Shown piece by piece: positions 1 to 14,500 of a stretch of DNA of 64,000 nucleotides. A model generated the notes under the pieces. That model was not told the DNA's origin. It made no database searches and was given only the letters and a program-made list of their open reading frames with translations. The position numbers were made by a program, and so were the translations under genes. Location of the stretch: positions 56,978,001 through 57,042,000 of the forward strand of contig NC_086375.1 of assembly GCF_036588685.1 (NCBI RefSeq). Reading direction: 5' to 3'. Position 1 is the first letter of the stretch; each line of letters starts with the position of its first letter. This DNA comes from Mytilus trossulus (Eukaryota).

Positions 1-139
1 CGTCAGTTTAAATCTGGGCTTCACAATAATAAAGCTACGGTGACCGTGTGTTACCTTTCCTCGTATATAATATGCATTTAAGAGTCCTTTCAGAATTTTT
101 TAGGGGAAAATATCTCTGGTAGCAACTCTTAATTTTTAG

Positions 140-592
140 TAGGGTCATGTAATTCCTAGCATTTTATGCAGACACTTCTGGCTAACAGTCAGTCAGATTT
201 GACTTTTACCCAAAATTTGCATGCATAGCAGAAAAGCAGCAATCATTGTTATTAAACACACAACATTAAGCACTCTTTGTTGATAGGCGCACCACCTTCA
301 CAATTAACATGTTGCAGCAGATAAAAGATAGGCACAACACCTTCAATATCAAAACATTGCAAAAAAAAAAGTAAAATCACAAAAATACTGAACTTAGAGG
401 AAAATCAATTCGGAAAGTCCATAATCACATGGCAAAATCAAAAATAACAAAACGCATTAAAAACGAATGGACAAGAACTGTCATATTCCTGACTTGGTAC
501 AGGCTTTTTCAAATGTAGAAAATGGTGGATTAAACAGATAAAAGACATGCACAATACCTTCGCTATTAACACATTGCATCAGATAAAAGATT
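140..592 (+). repeat. Local duplicate of 5730-5985, with ~45-bp subrepeats (cagataaaaga.atgcacaa.accttc)
   Basis: agacacttct.gct.acagtcagtca.att...ttttacccaaaat.tgcatg occurs at ~170-225 and ~5761-5815, followed by the same subrepeats. Confidence 0.65.
371..535 (+). repeat. Dispersed non-autonomous repeat (gtaaaatcacaaaaatactgaact family)
   Basis: Similar copies at ~3050-3345 (-), ~47121-47230, ~49885-49985 and ~53746-54110. Confidence 0.75.
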
Positions 593-1218
593 CCTTTTGT
601 TTTGTTTTTTTAATCCTTATATGAGATCATTTGCCACGAATTTGTACGCCATATTATCCATATATTTCAGTTTGAAATAATAACTGGTATCGACGTTTCT
701 TAAGTAGCCGCAATATCGTAATATAGTATTTCAAATCAACGACTATATCTTTATCCACCGTATTTAGGATTTTTTGTCACGAGTTGATTTATAATATATC
801 GTGACAAAAAATCCCAAAATATGGTGCATTAAGATAATGAAGTTCTTGGACTACATACCATGAGATACAGTTAGTTTAATCTTGTTCTTCTATATATTTC
901 CAAATGTGTGAATACTATTTACTTTTCTTATAAATATCGGAGGTCCAAAAGAGGCCAGATTTGACATAATCATTTGGTTTCTCTTGTTTTTTTATAAACT
1001 GAAATCGTTTAAGAAAATGCCTCTGAATGCCAAGTAATATACTATTGTCAGTCATTGGACTATTTGAACAGCGGTATACTACTATTGCCTTTATTGGCTC
1101 TAGGTTTCTTATATCTGCAGTCCTTATCTCCTGATGCTATATTTACACATGCAGATAAGACTGTTTAATGGAATAAGTCACATTTCATACATGTACACGT
1201 ATAATAGATCGCTGTACA

Positions 1219-4200
1219 ATGAATGGAATAGTTAAATTATCATTATTTGTCTTCTTTCAAATTTACTTTTTTACAGGTAAGAATGTTTGCTCAATAATGT
1301 TTCTTCACACGAAGGATTCTTTTAAACCGCTCACTGTAACACTTAAGCATTTTATGTATAAGTATAATAGGAGGAAGATCGGAGACATCTTTTATACACT
1401 TATTGTCTCAAAAAAGACAAACATGAAACGCTATTGAAACTTAGACTTGAAGATATCTCGGATAATTTATTTTCAATAACTACATAGAGCAATGAACTCA
1501 GTGAAAAGCTAGAAACCCGGTTTACAAATTAACAGAAATTTGACCTTAACCCCCAATCTCAAACATTTATCATGTTTTTGGTTGTTGCTATTCAGGTCTT
1601 ATTCGATCACTATGATATGTGAATAATAGTTACTTGTAAGTTGACTGAATTGCTATGCAGCTTTTTCGTTTTCTGTAACTAATTCAGAGTTATGTTAATC
1701 GTGAATGTAATAAAAAAAAAAACAATCAAAGGTAACGGATGTACAGATCATATTCTGCTTGGACGAATATCATTGTGTCGCTTTCGATTATTTACCCACT
1801 TGTTAAACGAGGTTTCATCTGCCCGATCAGGTTTAGTTTTGCGCAAAATTTCAAAACTAAGAAACTACTTACCTTTTTTATATAGAAGAACCAACTGGTG
1901 TCAGTTGAAGAAGACCCACATTGAAATGAGATAATTTTGCATTATTTTCACTCATTTAAATGACTTTGATTGACAGGCAATATCTAAGAGCTGAGTACTA
2001 CTATTGAATTATCAGTCAGTTTGTGTGTATTATTTAGAGATGCATGTACAAATTAATACGTTCATTGGTAATTAAGATTAAACACAAATAAGGGCGATGG
2101 AATTCAAAACATTTACAGCGGTCAAAGTTCTTGATTTTTCAAATACAAAAATGTATATACACCTCCTTTTAAAATTATCAACGATTATGTATAACTACCA
2201 GAACTCAGGGTAGCAGTAATAATTTTGAGCAAATCATCCTAAAAGGGAACAGCAAATCTTTTAGTCTGAAAATAATTAAATCTCAAGTTATATCACTCTG
2301 AAAAGCGAAACTATAGATAAGGGGTCACTGTTATAATTATTCTTACTTTAAAACTACGCTATTGTTTAATTGTATTAGTGTTCTGTAACTGTCCAAGTGG
2401 ATGGTCAAGGTATGATAAATCATGTTACCACATCAGTAGAGATTCAGCATCGTGGGCCGAAGCTATGGTAAGTTAATCAATAACCGCGAGGGAAAGATGT
2501 AAATATTGATAATGTTGTATCTTTTATTTGTGCAGAATAATCACCAGAACAGTTATGAAAACCAAACATTGAAATTAATAAAGTTATAACTTCCAAAACA
2601 TAAACGCCCGTCGAAAAGTTAACTCATCAATGATGGTCATACAGTAACATTCGTGTTGTCTCTTGAATGGTTTTTGGTATACAGAACCGTAAGACTTCAC
2701 GCGACCTCTTCTCGTTTACAATATTATGATGATATTTACACACGATATACCAGAACACTAGATCCAAAATGAAAAGGACGAATAGACAAATAACAGCCCA
2801 CAAAACACCACATAGAAAACTATAATAACGGTAAAATGAACCCCAACAATAAAAATAATAATCTGTGGTAACCACTAACGTCGTCTGGAGGGGAAAGCTA
2901 CATTGTACTATTGCAAGAATTAAGGCAACACGGAACTTGGTGATGGTGCAGGTAAATACTGACTACAGTATGATGCAGAAGCCTTTGGTATTAGCACAAG
3001 AATTTACCGCCTTTTGTCTTGATAAACATTGAATATTTGTTTGTTTTAAGATTGTGACACAGTGATGACTGCTGTGCCATATTTTGACTATTTTACCTAT
3101 TATTTCTGTTTAGTTCACGCATCGTTGAAAACATAATGGAATTTGATGCGATTGTCATACGAGTGAGAGGTTTAGCGCTATAAAACAGGTTCATTTCACC
3201 ATTTTCTACGCTTGAAAATGCCTGTTCCAAATCAGGTATATGACAGTTGTTGTCCATTCATTTGATGTGTTTTATCATTTGATTTTGCCATTTTATTAGG
3301 GACTTTTTATTTTGAATTTTCCTCAGAGTTCCTTTTTTTTTGTCATTATATTTTGTGATTTTATCATGTTTGAAGGGAATGCTATATTTTGAGTAGATTT
3401 CTATTACAAAATAAAGAGTGTGTTGGTGTCAAGTAAACTGCGATCATATGTTAAATACGCACAGAAGTATTTTTTTCTAAATAAGATACTGTTCCGTATC
3501 TATTGTTATCTTTTTAGAAAATGTGTGAGATACATGGGAGTTTCCTTGCCAGCATTGAAACGGATGCCGAAGACCAGTACATTAAAACCCTACTTGCAGC
3601 TCAACGACATAGTAAGTAAATACTAGTAATAAAAACACAGATAGGAGTGAAAGGTAATAGACGAATTTGAATCAAACCTTTTCCTTATATATTGACTATT
3701 ATTTTAAATTTCGTATTTATATTGATCTCAATATCTTCAATAGTTGCAGGAAATTTCAGTACATTGGTTTTGGTAATTTAATATGCAGTGGCCAATATTT
3801 CAGACAAAGCCATGTCTCAGATCCAACATTACAAAAAAATCAATACAGTCTAGATTCTGAAGAAGGTCGGCTGGTTTTGTTGTTTTTTTAATTCAAAGAT
3901 TTGTTGATTCAGAGACCTATAATATCTTATGTCTCTGGTTAATTTCATTCACAAATTCTGTCAAGCTGGTTTTTCTTTGTGGCAGTTGTTGCTCATTTAT
4001 GAAAATTCGTTGTTTTGAACTGTTAGTCATTTATTCAGACAAAAGATGTACATACATTCATCACGATTAGGGATCATGATATCCTACAATTTTTATATCT
4101 AAGCATATCAATCATAACAGGATTAAAATGATATAGCTCTAAACGGGAACACACGATGAAGAAGTATTTTTTAGATGACTTCTCAAATCACCCATCCTAT

Positions 4201-5457
4201 AAAAGTAAACGGAATAGTCCTGTACTGTAAGATGACAAAAGAAATCTGAGTACACAGATTAACAGAATAAATAATTCACCCATCCTATAAAAATAAACGA
4301 AATAGTCCTGTACTTTTAGCTTACAGAAGAAATCTGAATACACAGATTAACAGAATAAATAATACGAGCGGACGATTTTGATTATTTATTTCTGTCAAAG
4401 AATAAGATTTACACTGCTGTTTCTGCGACCCATTGTAGGATTGAAATGAGAAAACGGCAACTGCTAAAAAAGTATATTTACCATCTTGAAAGGATTTGTG
4501 CATGCAACCGTCAATTTAGTTTAAAATTTTGAAAACCATTACATACTTTAAAGTTAAAATCAATTGACAGCAGTAGTCCATACAGGACCTTTGGTAGATA
4601 AAACAGTAATTTTGCACCCTTTATGTTTGATACATTTAGCTTCAGCCTACTGGTTAGGTGGATCAGACTGGGAGGTCGAAGGTGAATGGAAATGGGAACC
4701 ACATGCAATTACATTTAATTTCTCCGACTGGCAGAGAGGACAACCAAACAATGGTGGAAATAATGAGCATTGTTTATCTGTTCATAGAGTCCATCATTAT
4801 GAGTTTACAGATGACAACTGTCACTATTCACAACACTACTTGTGTGAAAAACCGTATGTACTAGTGCATATTATGTGTTATATTACAACTATATAAGTGC
4901 TGTCTCCGGTTACATTTGCCCTATTTATAATAGTTTTAAGTCAGATAATCACAATAATCCCAGAAACAACTTTACCCATGTAGGTGGAATGTTATTGATA
5001 ATTGAATGTTTGCTTAACATCCAATTCACATATTTCATGCACTGCTTAATGTCAAACGACATTATATATTTCATACACATCCAGTCCAAGATAAAAAAAA
5101 AAACAAACATTGGCTCTAGTTGAATCATCACTATTGTCTAATCTCAGAGGCCAGCTTGCTTATAATTTAATTCCATCCTATTTATCCTACAATGATTATT
5201 ATAGTGAGCTAGAAATAGTTTAGAAAATGAGTTCTTCATTCCCAAAAACAAAAGCAAGTTTTAAGATTTTGTTTTACCAAATAAGATAATGTTTACATGA
5301 GTTAAGATTAAATGTAATTATATTTGTAAGTAGTATGTATAAAAGTGGTCTTTCAAATAACATCCCAAACCATATCAACCATAGCATCATATTTATGTTT
5401 CCTTTGTTTTATTTTAGGGACACCAATAGCACAGAAACAGAGGTTCTTGGAAAATGA
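1219..5457 (+). CDS. Secreted C-type lectin (perlucin-like); possibly truncated or pseudogenised
   Basis: Signal-peptide exon 1219-1276 (MNGIVKLSLFVFFQIYFFT, G|gtaag). CTLD C-terminal-half exon 4640-4853 (YWLGGSDWEVEGEWKW...WQRGQPNNGGNNEHCL...FTDDNCHYSQHYLCEKP). Last exon 5418-5457 (DTNSTETEVLGK*). Phases are compatible. No intact exons found for the N-terminal half of the CTLD. Confidence 0.75.
4188..4363. repeat. Tandem duplication, 2 x ~88 bp
   Basis: tcacc(c)atcctataaaa.taaacg.aatagtcctgtact...gaaatctga.tacacagattaacagaataaataat occurs twice. Confidence 0.8.
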
Positions 5458-8400
5458 TAAATTAATACTATAAATTATCATTTCAATATCTTACTCATTT
5501 ATTTATAAAGCATTGATTTTTTGGGGGACAGGTTTTTAGTGTGTTGTTTTTATGTACCTTAAGCAATTTCCCTGATTGAGGTAAAAATAAAACTTACTGG
5601 TATTTTCAAAATAACCACATTTTAACTCTGGAAAATGTGTGTGTGCCTGGCTAGTCAGGAACCTTATTAGTTGATACAATTTATATATATACATGTATTC
5701 TTGTCCATTAAAATTTTTCAAATCTAGATTTGGGGTGATAAAATTACTGGCATATTTTATAGACACTTCTAGCTTACAGTCAGTCATATTTTCTTTTACC
5801 CAAAATATGCATGATTGGCAAGGAATAGGAAAACATTTGTTATTGAACCAACAGCACCAGGTAGCTTCCACCACTATCACATTGCAGCAGATAAAAGAAA
5901 TGCACAACACCTTCACTCTTTAACACATTACAGTAGATAAGAGATATGCACGATACCTTTACTATTAATATGTTGCAGGTGATTGAGGACAAATATAACA
6001 CTATTACAAATCAGATAATATTGCATTGAAGAAAATTAAACTTTGATTGAAATCCCTTGAAAATATAAACAACCTCATGATGTCTTTGGATATACCACTA
6101 TGTGTACGTTACCTTGATATACTGATATATAAAACCTCCCTGTTTTAATGTAGGCGTTGTCAAAAGATTAAAACATATATTGACTGAGTAGTATTTTATT
6201 GATACCCTTTGTAACAACAAATGTATATATAAACTATCAAATCGTAAAATTTATTTTCAAAGTTTTACAACAGTTTCATATCAACAACCTCTCATGTTAT
6301 TTATCTCTTTTAAATATCAATATTAAGATAATTTCTAATAAACAAACTTGTTCATAATCTGATTTTTTTTTCAATCAGGCAAGTTTGATCTTAGATATTT
6401 TTGGTCGTCTTATCAAAGACTTTTTTGTAATTAGATTTTTATGTATTAGATCATAAACAGTTTTTGTAGCAACTGCTTCCAATGCATACATTACAGTATC
6501 CTACTGGGAACCAATATCAAATGTATATATAGAACTTATATATAAAATATTCACTGTCAGAAAGCCAGGGTTTGTTCTATAACAAAGAGCTGATAGTATG
6601 TTTTTTTTTTGTACTTGTAAAACTATTAAACTATAAAGAAGTCTAGAAAAATGCCATATTATCTGTTTCAAAAACATAACATTTGTTCACAAAAAATATT
6701 TGTTCATATTTTAAGTAGAATAACATTCATGTATGTTCACATGCATGGATTTCAATATTACTGCAAGTTGGGACTTTTGAAGCATGATCAAAATACATGA
6801 AATAAAAATTAATAAGATGCAATACAATTCAGTTCTCATTTGTAAAAAAAGAATCTAAAAGTACCTAATAAAAAAAGGGAGATGTGGTTTAATTGCCAAC
6901 AAAATACAATCTGCCAGAGACCAAATGATAGCAACTTTAGGTCACTGTGTCTGTTCCATCTCAGGAGCCTTTACTTTATTGGTTGATAGTTGTTTCTATG
7001 TATTGGTAATCATACAACATCTCCTTAGTTTTATAAGGATAGGAATTTAAAGCATGATAATAATAAATGAAATATACTTAATTATAGGGGCAAACATTTG
7101 ATACTAATGGTAAATTTCATTTTTTTACTGAAATTTATATTTTCTATCATTTTATTTTTGGACAACTTGATTTTGTTAGTCACTATGACAGTTATATTTT
7201 TCAAATGTACATTTGCCTTTTGTTTAAAAGATAAATAAAAGGAAGTTATGAAAATAAAAATATCACACAGTTGACTTTCAAATATTAAACACAATTCACA
7301 CAACATCTAAATAAAAGTAGTCTCTAATTGTTAAATCTATTTTTAGCTACCTTTAGTTGATCTAATTCTATAAACTAGTGTGTTATACAATTACAAGATA
7401 ATTTAGACAACAATAACAAAATTTATATGCCATTCTATTACAATTATTAAATAACAAATCTTTTTAATTTGTTTTTTATCAATTAAACACAACATAATTT
7501 GTATATACTAGAAAAGATATCTGAGTATTATTTGACAACAACTCTGATTTAATCAAATCATGAAACTTTGTATAATAATGAAAAACAGTAATAGCATAAG
7601 TTCAAACATATGAATTGTAATTGCTTACAAAATAAATCATGATTTTAAGTATTTTACTTCAATAAAACTCTTGAAGTTTCAAAACTATGGACAGTACAAT
7701 ACTTAAAATGCACAATCTCTTTATGGTGGAAGGATACAAATTGATAATCTTAACATTTCAGGAATTTTTCAAATCACAATGAATTTTCTTATTAATATTA
7801 CTTTCAATAATTTTTTTTTTATCAACATTGATTGTTAGTATAAAAGAAACAAGGGAGTATTCATTAAAAAATAAGCTGAACAAAATTCAATGAAGCCATC
7901 AACTTGAGAATTTTCTTCATGGCAACTCTTAATATGGGACAACTTGAAACTTAAAAAAAATCAAAAAAAACCACACACAAAAAAACTGACAAAAATGTTA
8001 TAGATAAAACAATTTTAAAGTAATGTAAGAAAATTATCTGATGCAAACTAAATTATGCAAATTTTGAAAAATATATTCTCTCATTTTTAAAGTGGTGTCT
8101 CTGGTTTTCTCATTCTAATCCATTGAATTATTGGGGAAAGCTCAAGATCACATGATGCAATAGCAGATACTGAAAAAGACTCTTTTACTAAGGATAACAT
8201 TAGTCTGTAATGATCAAATTAGACTATCATACAAATACACTTATGTACCCAAATAAATCAGCTTCAGTTCTGTGTGCATCATGAAATACACAAACTGATA
8301 ATATAAACATTTCAAAAAATTTAAACTTCACAAACAATTTATTTTCTTATTAATATTACTTTCCATAAAAAAAATATATTTTCTTCTCAAAAACAAGTAT

Positions 8401-8538
8401 ACAATAAAAACTTATGTTATTAAATGTAATAAAGCTAAATGTATAGAGACATCAAAACAATTATATAACAACAAATCTGAATGATAAATTTCTTGATTGA
8501 ATTCTCCTGAGATCAAATTAACAATATCAGCCTGCCCT

Positions 8539-11500
8539 TCACTTTCCTCCATATTTTGCCAGTAATGATTCTATTTCAATTTCTGCTGTCTTGTCCTGTC
8601 AAGAAATACACACCAATCAATGACATAATAAGTATATAAGCTTAAAGATTATAAAGTATGGAAGGATTTCTTATAAACCCACACTACAATGAAATAAGGT
8701 ACTGGTACCTTTGTTATTTCAGAAGCAAAATTTTTGGTCTGTAATAATTTTTTAGAAAACAAATAGAATAACACTTAATACCAATAATCACAATAACCAC
8801 CATTATCTTCCATCAGCAACCACAAAAAAACATAATTAATTAAATAAGGCTAATTCAAATTCTAATTCATATGTAATTTTATATCAAATATTTTTTGCTA
8901 ACATGTATGAAGACATTTACCCACTTTAAAGGCCAAGGCAATAGTACAAATTAATAATTACATTAAATTTATGTTTCATTATAATACTTTATTCTGATTT
9001 GCTAACTGCACATCAAGTGTTATTTCTTAAGCAATTGCATTACTTAATAAATATTTAAGAAATAATTCATGGGGGCTTGAATATATCGTGATTTTACCAC
9101 GGGTTGGCCCTTTATGACAAATATTTTACCCTGAGCGATAGCGAGGGGTAAAATATCGGCATAAAGGGACAACCCATGGTAAAATTTAGATATATTCAAG
9201 CCCCCATGAATTAATTCGATTCTAATAAGACAAATTCGGCAATTCTTTTGGATCGAAGCGCTCTAGGTGGAGGCAAATATTTGCCGTTCCCATAAATAAA
9301 CGCACTTTTAGATTGGCGGTAAAGAACGGAGGAAACAGAATTAGTGACATGCTCAAACTATTTACAATAACATATTTAGATAAATTTGGATGAATTTTAA
9401 TGATAATTTACCAATATATCTTCTATGTATATAAAAAAGGGCTTATACCACATTTTAGCATCGTTTGTTTACGTTTCTTTGTTGTGATGATTTTCGGTAT
9501 CAGAAGCGTGAATTTTCCCGTAACATGCTTAAATTATTACGTCATTATTCTTTGACGTCGTGTACTTCATTCATAAACAATCATGTGACGTGGGAGTACA
9601 ATCGGAACAGCCCAAACAATATATCCATATTTTACCACGGGTGTGAACTCAAAGCGTTTGAAGGACGTCATGTTAGAATATCATTTATAACAAGTGGTCT
9701 CACAATAAAGTGCACATGTGAATTAAATAAAACAATTATAAAATTTGTGTTTTCATGATCATAGCTAAAAAATGTAATTATAAGAATTGAATGCTTCTTT
9801 TTGTAACTTCATAGGGTTGAAAAAGTGTTGACCTTGCGCACATTTTTATAATGAAGTGCTTCTGCGCTTCATACAACATGTACTTCGGTCAACGCTTTTA
9901 CACTCCAATAAAGTTAAAAAAGAAGCATTCAATTCTTAAATAATGAACATTCTTTAGTATCAACAGAATTTCAAATAATGAGGTGTACAAACAAAATAGA
10001 TAATTAATAAGAACAAGTGTTAAACTTACATCTTGACTAACTACAGGCAGAAGACTGGCTTTTTCTAACCATTCTACAGCTTCAGGGTACTTGCTTAGTT
10101 CTACATAACACTGAAAAGTAAGCAAAAGTTTGATGTAATGATTCTTATTACTTAACTAGATATTGACAATGTCCCCTACTTTAAAAATTTGACACAGGGA
10201 CTCAAATGAAAAGAAATAACATAAATACTGAGCTTGTACTCAAATTCAAAAAGGGGAATTCCATAAAAACTTACCAAAGTTTTGTTGTGTTTCATTATCA
10301 TGTTTTCTAACATGCAGTTATATATAGTGTTTCCTTAGATTGATTACTGGTATCTTATCAATTGGGTTTCCTTGAGTTGTGGTTTTACTGAAGACTCATA
10401 TATTTCTAAGGATAACAAATTTTGAGGATCAATGTAAAATGGGATTTTCAAGGATATTTGATTTCACATTTGATATTTTAAACAAGCTTACAGAAACTTA
10501 CTTGGTTGAATATTTCAAATCCTGATAATTTACCTCTTCTCATGATTTTTTTTCTCTCAAATAAAAGTGATATTAAAGTGTGTTATATTTTGCAACTTTA
10601 TATCTGACTAAACAGGGAAAGCATGAATTTGCTGTGAAATTCATTTTTATCAGATTTGCCACTGAGTTATATTGTATTTTCTTTACATTTTCAAATGTTC
10701 ATTGCAGAAGCTTACCTTTCCAATGTATAATAAATTTTCTTTCCATACACCTGGGTTGAGTCTGTCTGCCTGTAATAAAACATTGTAAAGATTTAATTCT
10801 CTAAACATTTTATGTGTATACTGATTCAACATTAAGCATTAGAAAGTAGGTATCAACAACTCAAAGATGTGTTTAAAAGCTAAAGAATTGATGGTGTTTT
10901 TATATTTGTAAAACTTTCAGATGAGTTTTACAAAACTAAAAACTCCATTTTAATTTTTATAAACACAATATGTATAGAGGATTTTGTAAAATTAAAAAAA
11001 AAACCCTCACATTAATATATGTTGTTGAACAAACACTAAAAAAACACACAAAAAAATCTGCATTTACTGCATTGAAAACTCATTAAGATAACAATTATAA
11101 CATTGCAGACCACAACTATATAATTAATATAAATACTTCAAGGTCAGTGAACAAAAACATCGATTAAAGCGCTGTAAGCACTGTAGGCAGTTAACCAAAA
11201 ACCAAGGCAAATATAATAATGAAAACTGTGGCAATGTTGCTTCAACTTTTTTTTAAAGATTTAAAAGAACAAACATTAAACATTCATATTATTCATTTAA
11301 TGAATTAAACATTAAGGCAAATAATTCATTTTTTATCAAGGTTTTCAATAGCAACGCACATGAGCACGAATGGTCATGAGTCTTTCATGAGTCAGCAGTG
11401 GTACAAATTTGCAATGATTGCAATTCTTCTAGTTGAACGTAATTGTTCGTATTAGTTGACTGTTAGTAGTTCAAGTTGACTTTAGTACGAGCTTGCAAAA

Positions 11501-14500
11501 GTATGAATGGACTTGCTTCCCTGGAAAGAAAACTGAGATTGTGTTTTACAGTACAAAAGTTATGAGACACAAATCAGACATATGTTTACTACTACAGGGA
11601 TCAATGGTGAGGTCTGACTGACCTGTCCATAGTAAATGTAAATGACTCCCACCTTCACCCCAAGTCCATGATGTCTAAGTTTGGAATAAAATGACAGGTG
11701 GTAGGGTCTAGAAAAGTGATATGCATATGTGTGGCTTATGAGATTGACCTTGTATGTCATTCAATCTTTTTGAAATGAAAAACAGGAATGAATATGGTTT
11801 AGGCATTGGTATCTAAATCTTTTACAAGTTCTCAAAACACACACAAGAGGGTGTGGGGTGACCCTAGGGACTACCCCTTTTTTTCATTTGATTTTTTATA
11901 TTGTCCCATACATGAATATACATAGTTGATGGGTGGGGATCTCGACCGTTATCAAGTTTTCAAACAGGAGGGGTGGGGATCTGGACCGTTATCAAGTTTT
12001 CAAATAGGAGGGGTGGGGACCCCCATGACTTCCCCTATATTTCATTTGATTTGTTATATTGTCCAATACATGAATATATATTGTTGAGGGTGGGGATCTC
12101 ATCTGTTTCTAAGTATCAAACAGAAGTGGGTAGGGTGACCCTAAGGACTCTCCCTATATTTCATTTGATTAGTTCTCACACATGAATATATATGGTTTAA
12201 TTTAAAGGTGGGGATCTCAACTGTTTCCAATTTCTCAATCAGATGACTGCAGGGACTCCCCCAAAATTTCATTTAATTTAGACTGACCTATCAAAATTGA
12301 GAAGAAAAAAAAAACCCTTGAAATTGCAGTAATATGTTTAATTTGAAAAGAATTTAACATGCATTACAAACATTTAACACTGATAAAAAAAATTATACTG
12401 TTACCAGGAACATATATATTGTTAGATAAACTGTTCCCAGCTGTCACTTGTATTGGATTTTGACATTAAAGTTGGTGTACAAAATAATTTCTGCTTTTCT
12501 TTCTTTTAAACAATTTTGGTTTTCAATTCTTATGTTTATATTTATTTACCATGCGTAGCTGTATTTTGTCACCTGTCTGGATTTTTTTAGTTGATAGCCC
12601 CAAAACCCCGATTACCCTTATCCGCTTCCGGAATCGAATCCGATATTGTAATCTCACGGCAGCCATTTTGTATACAATGTTGTTTTTGACAGAAAGTGAG
12701 ATATGATTTTACTTGGATTTACACATTATTTATCAGCGATTTTCTGTATAAAGCTAGCGTATCAAATTGAACATCGCTGTCATGAATAGTAATGATGAAA
12801 ATAAGTTTGAGATCGTTTTTTAGGAAACTTTGGTAAAAATGTTTGCAAAGTTATTTTTTTATTTTCTTTCAACTCAAGGTCCGTCGGTCATCGTAGCTAG
12901 TAATTAAGTAGAAAGTCTGACTGCAAAAGTGGAAGGTCACAGACCCTAGACCACAGCTAATTTGAACCCCTGCGTCCAAATTAAAAAGATTCGAAAATTT
13001 CGTCTTCTAATTCAAAATTGCAGCCAATAGCGTGATCAGTTGAACTTATATATGAAGTTGACTACGTATTGACGACAAACAATATTCCTACGAAATCTTA
13101 ACTCCTTGTCTTTAGAGATTTTCGGCGATTAAATATTTCATACATTTGTTCTTTGACATCTTAGCCAAAAGCTCAACAGTCAGGGTTAGGATGGAAATCC
13201 ATCCAAACTTAAGATTTAGGTATTTGGATGGATATTCCATCCAAAAGAAAAAGGATGGACTTACCATCCATTTGTTTAACAGTTTTAATGGATGGCTTTC
13301 CCTTCCAATTAGAAGATATATGTTTGATGGATAAACCATCCATTTTTTTTCCCTCTGTGCTTGAAAATAGTAGTATACATCTTACACAAATTCAGCAGTT
13401 AGAAATGAATACAGAGAGGATCATCAAGATTGAATGGTCAATAAAAGGATACCATGCTTTTCGGATAAAGCCTCACTCACAAATTGAGTTAGATGTGTTG
13501 CCCGAGGAAGGAAATCCTTTCAGCCAATATGCAACAAAGGTAGTAATGCCACTGCTTCAAGAGATTTCTCCAGATCTTCACAATGTTTCAACCGACATGA
13601 GAGAAGAAAACCACCAAAGGGGACAGCTTATGAAAGATATTGCAGGTTTGTTCATGTTGTTGTTACTCTATTTATATAGTTCATGTACTTTACCATGTTT
13701 ACATTTACCTTGGTTAAAATTTTACTGACACCTACTCATGACAATGTGTCCCCTAAACATGCTAAATGAGGCTAAGTTATACATGTTATATATTCTTTTA
13801 GTCATTTATATATAATAAACACTTTGCAAATTAAAAAGGATTAACCAGTTTTTATCAAAGCTTGGGTAGCTCAATAAAGTCAGTCAGAACATCAGAAATC
13901 TATTATTTTTCTTTTTTTTTGCACAGGAAAACAAGTGGGGAGAGTTCCTGCAAATCTTTGCACAGCTTTCAGAAATATGATTTCTCGGAACACTATCAGA
14001 TGCATTAAGTGTAAAGTCACAGGACCACCAAGACTCTCAGCAAATCCACCATCAAACCAACGATACCGGTCAAACAATAGAGGTCATGACAGACCAGGTG
14101 GGGGAGCAGACATTCCTTGTTCTTATTATTTGCATATACGTGACCGGATGTTTGCAGATACAATGCATATTCTTGAAGACTGTGTACCTCTTAGGGAACT
14201 TGATGAAAGAGTACACGCATGAACATCATGTAAACAAATTTATTGATATCAATTCATACAGCAAGTTCAAAACAACAAGCATTTGTATTCTTAATCATGT
14301 ATGATACACAACATATTATGTAATCATGTTAGATATGTAATATTTTTTTAATATGTATATAAAAATACAACAATATGAAGAAAACATACCCCCACTGTAA
14401 GGATCACCAAACTTTTATAGAATTTGATAATAATCCAAAAATAATCAGAGCATGAAAATTAAACTTGGTAAAAATGGAAGAGACTACTGCAGCATTCATT

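Noticed and set aside
5536-5916. 126-aa ORF with a signal-peptide-like start
   Set aside because: Lies in duplicated non-coding repeat sequence; no recognisable domain or splice support.
13171-13177. Alternative 7-bp TSD (gctcaac/gctcaat) with 27-bp TIRs
   Set aside because: It requires a mismatch; a perfect 5-bp TSD with a 28-bp TIR is more parsimonious. Other copies would settle it.
13189-13341. CRISPR-like array of palindromic repeats
   Set aside because: Eukaryotic context, irregular short spacing, no cas genes, and the repeats are mirrored at the other end of the transposon.
13228-13404. N-terminal 59 aa of the 166-aa ORF (also ORFs 13112-13339 and 22070-22312)
   Set aside because: These are read-through translations of the subterminal GGATGG palindromes; ATG 13405 is the more plausible start.
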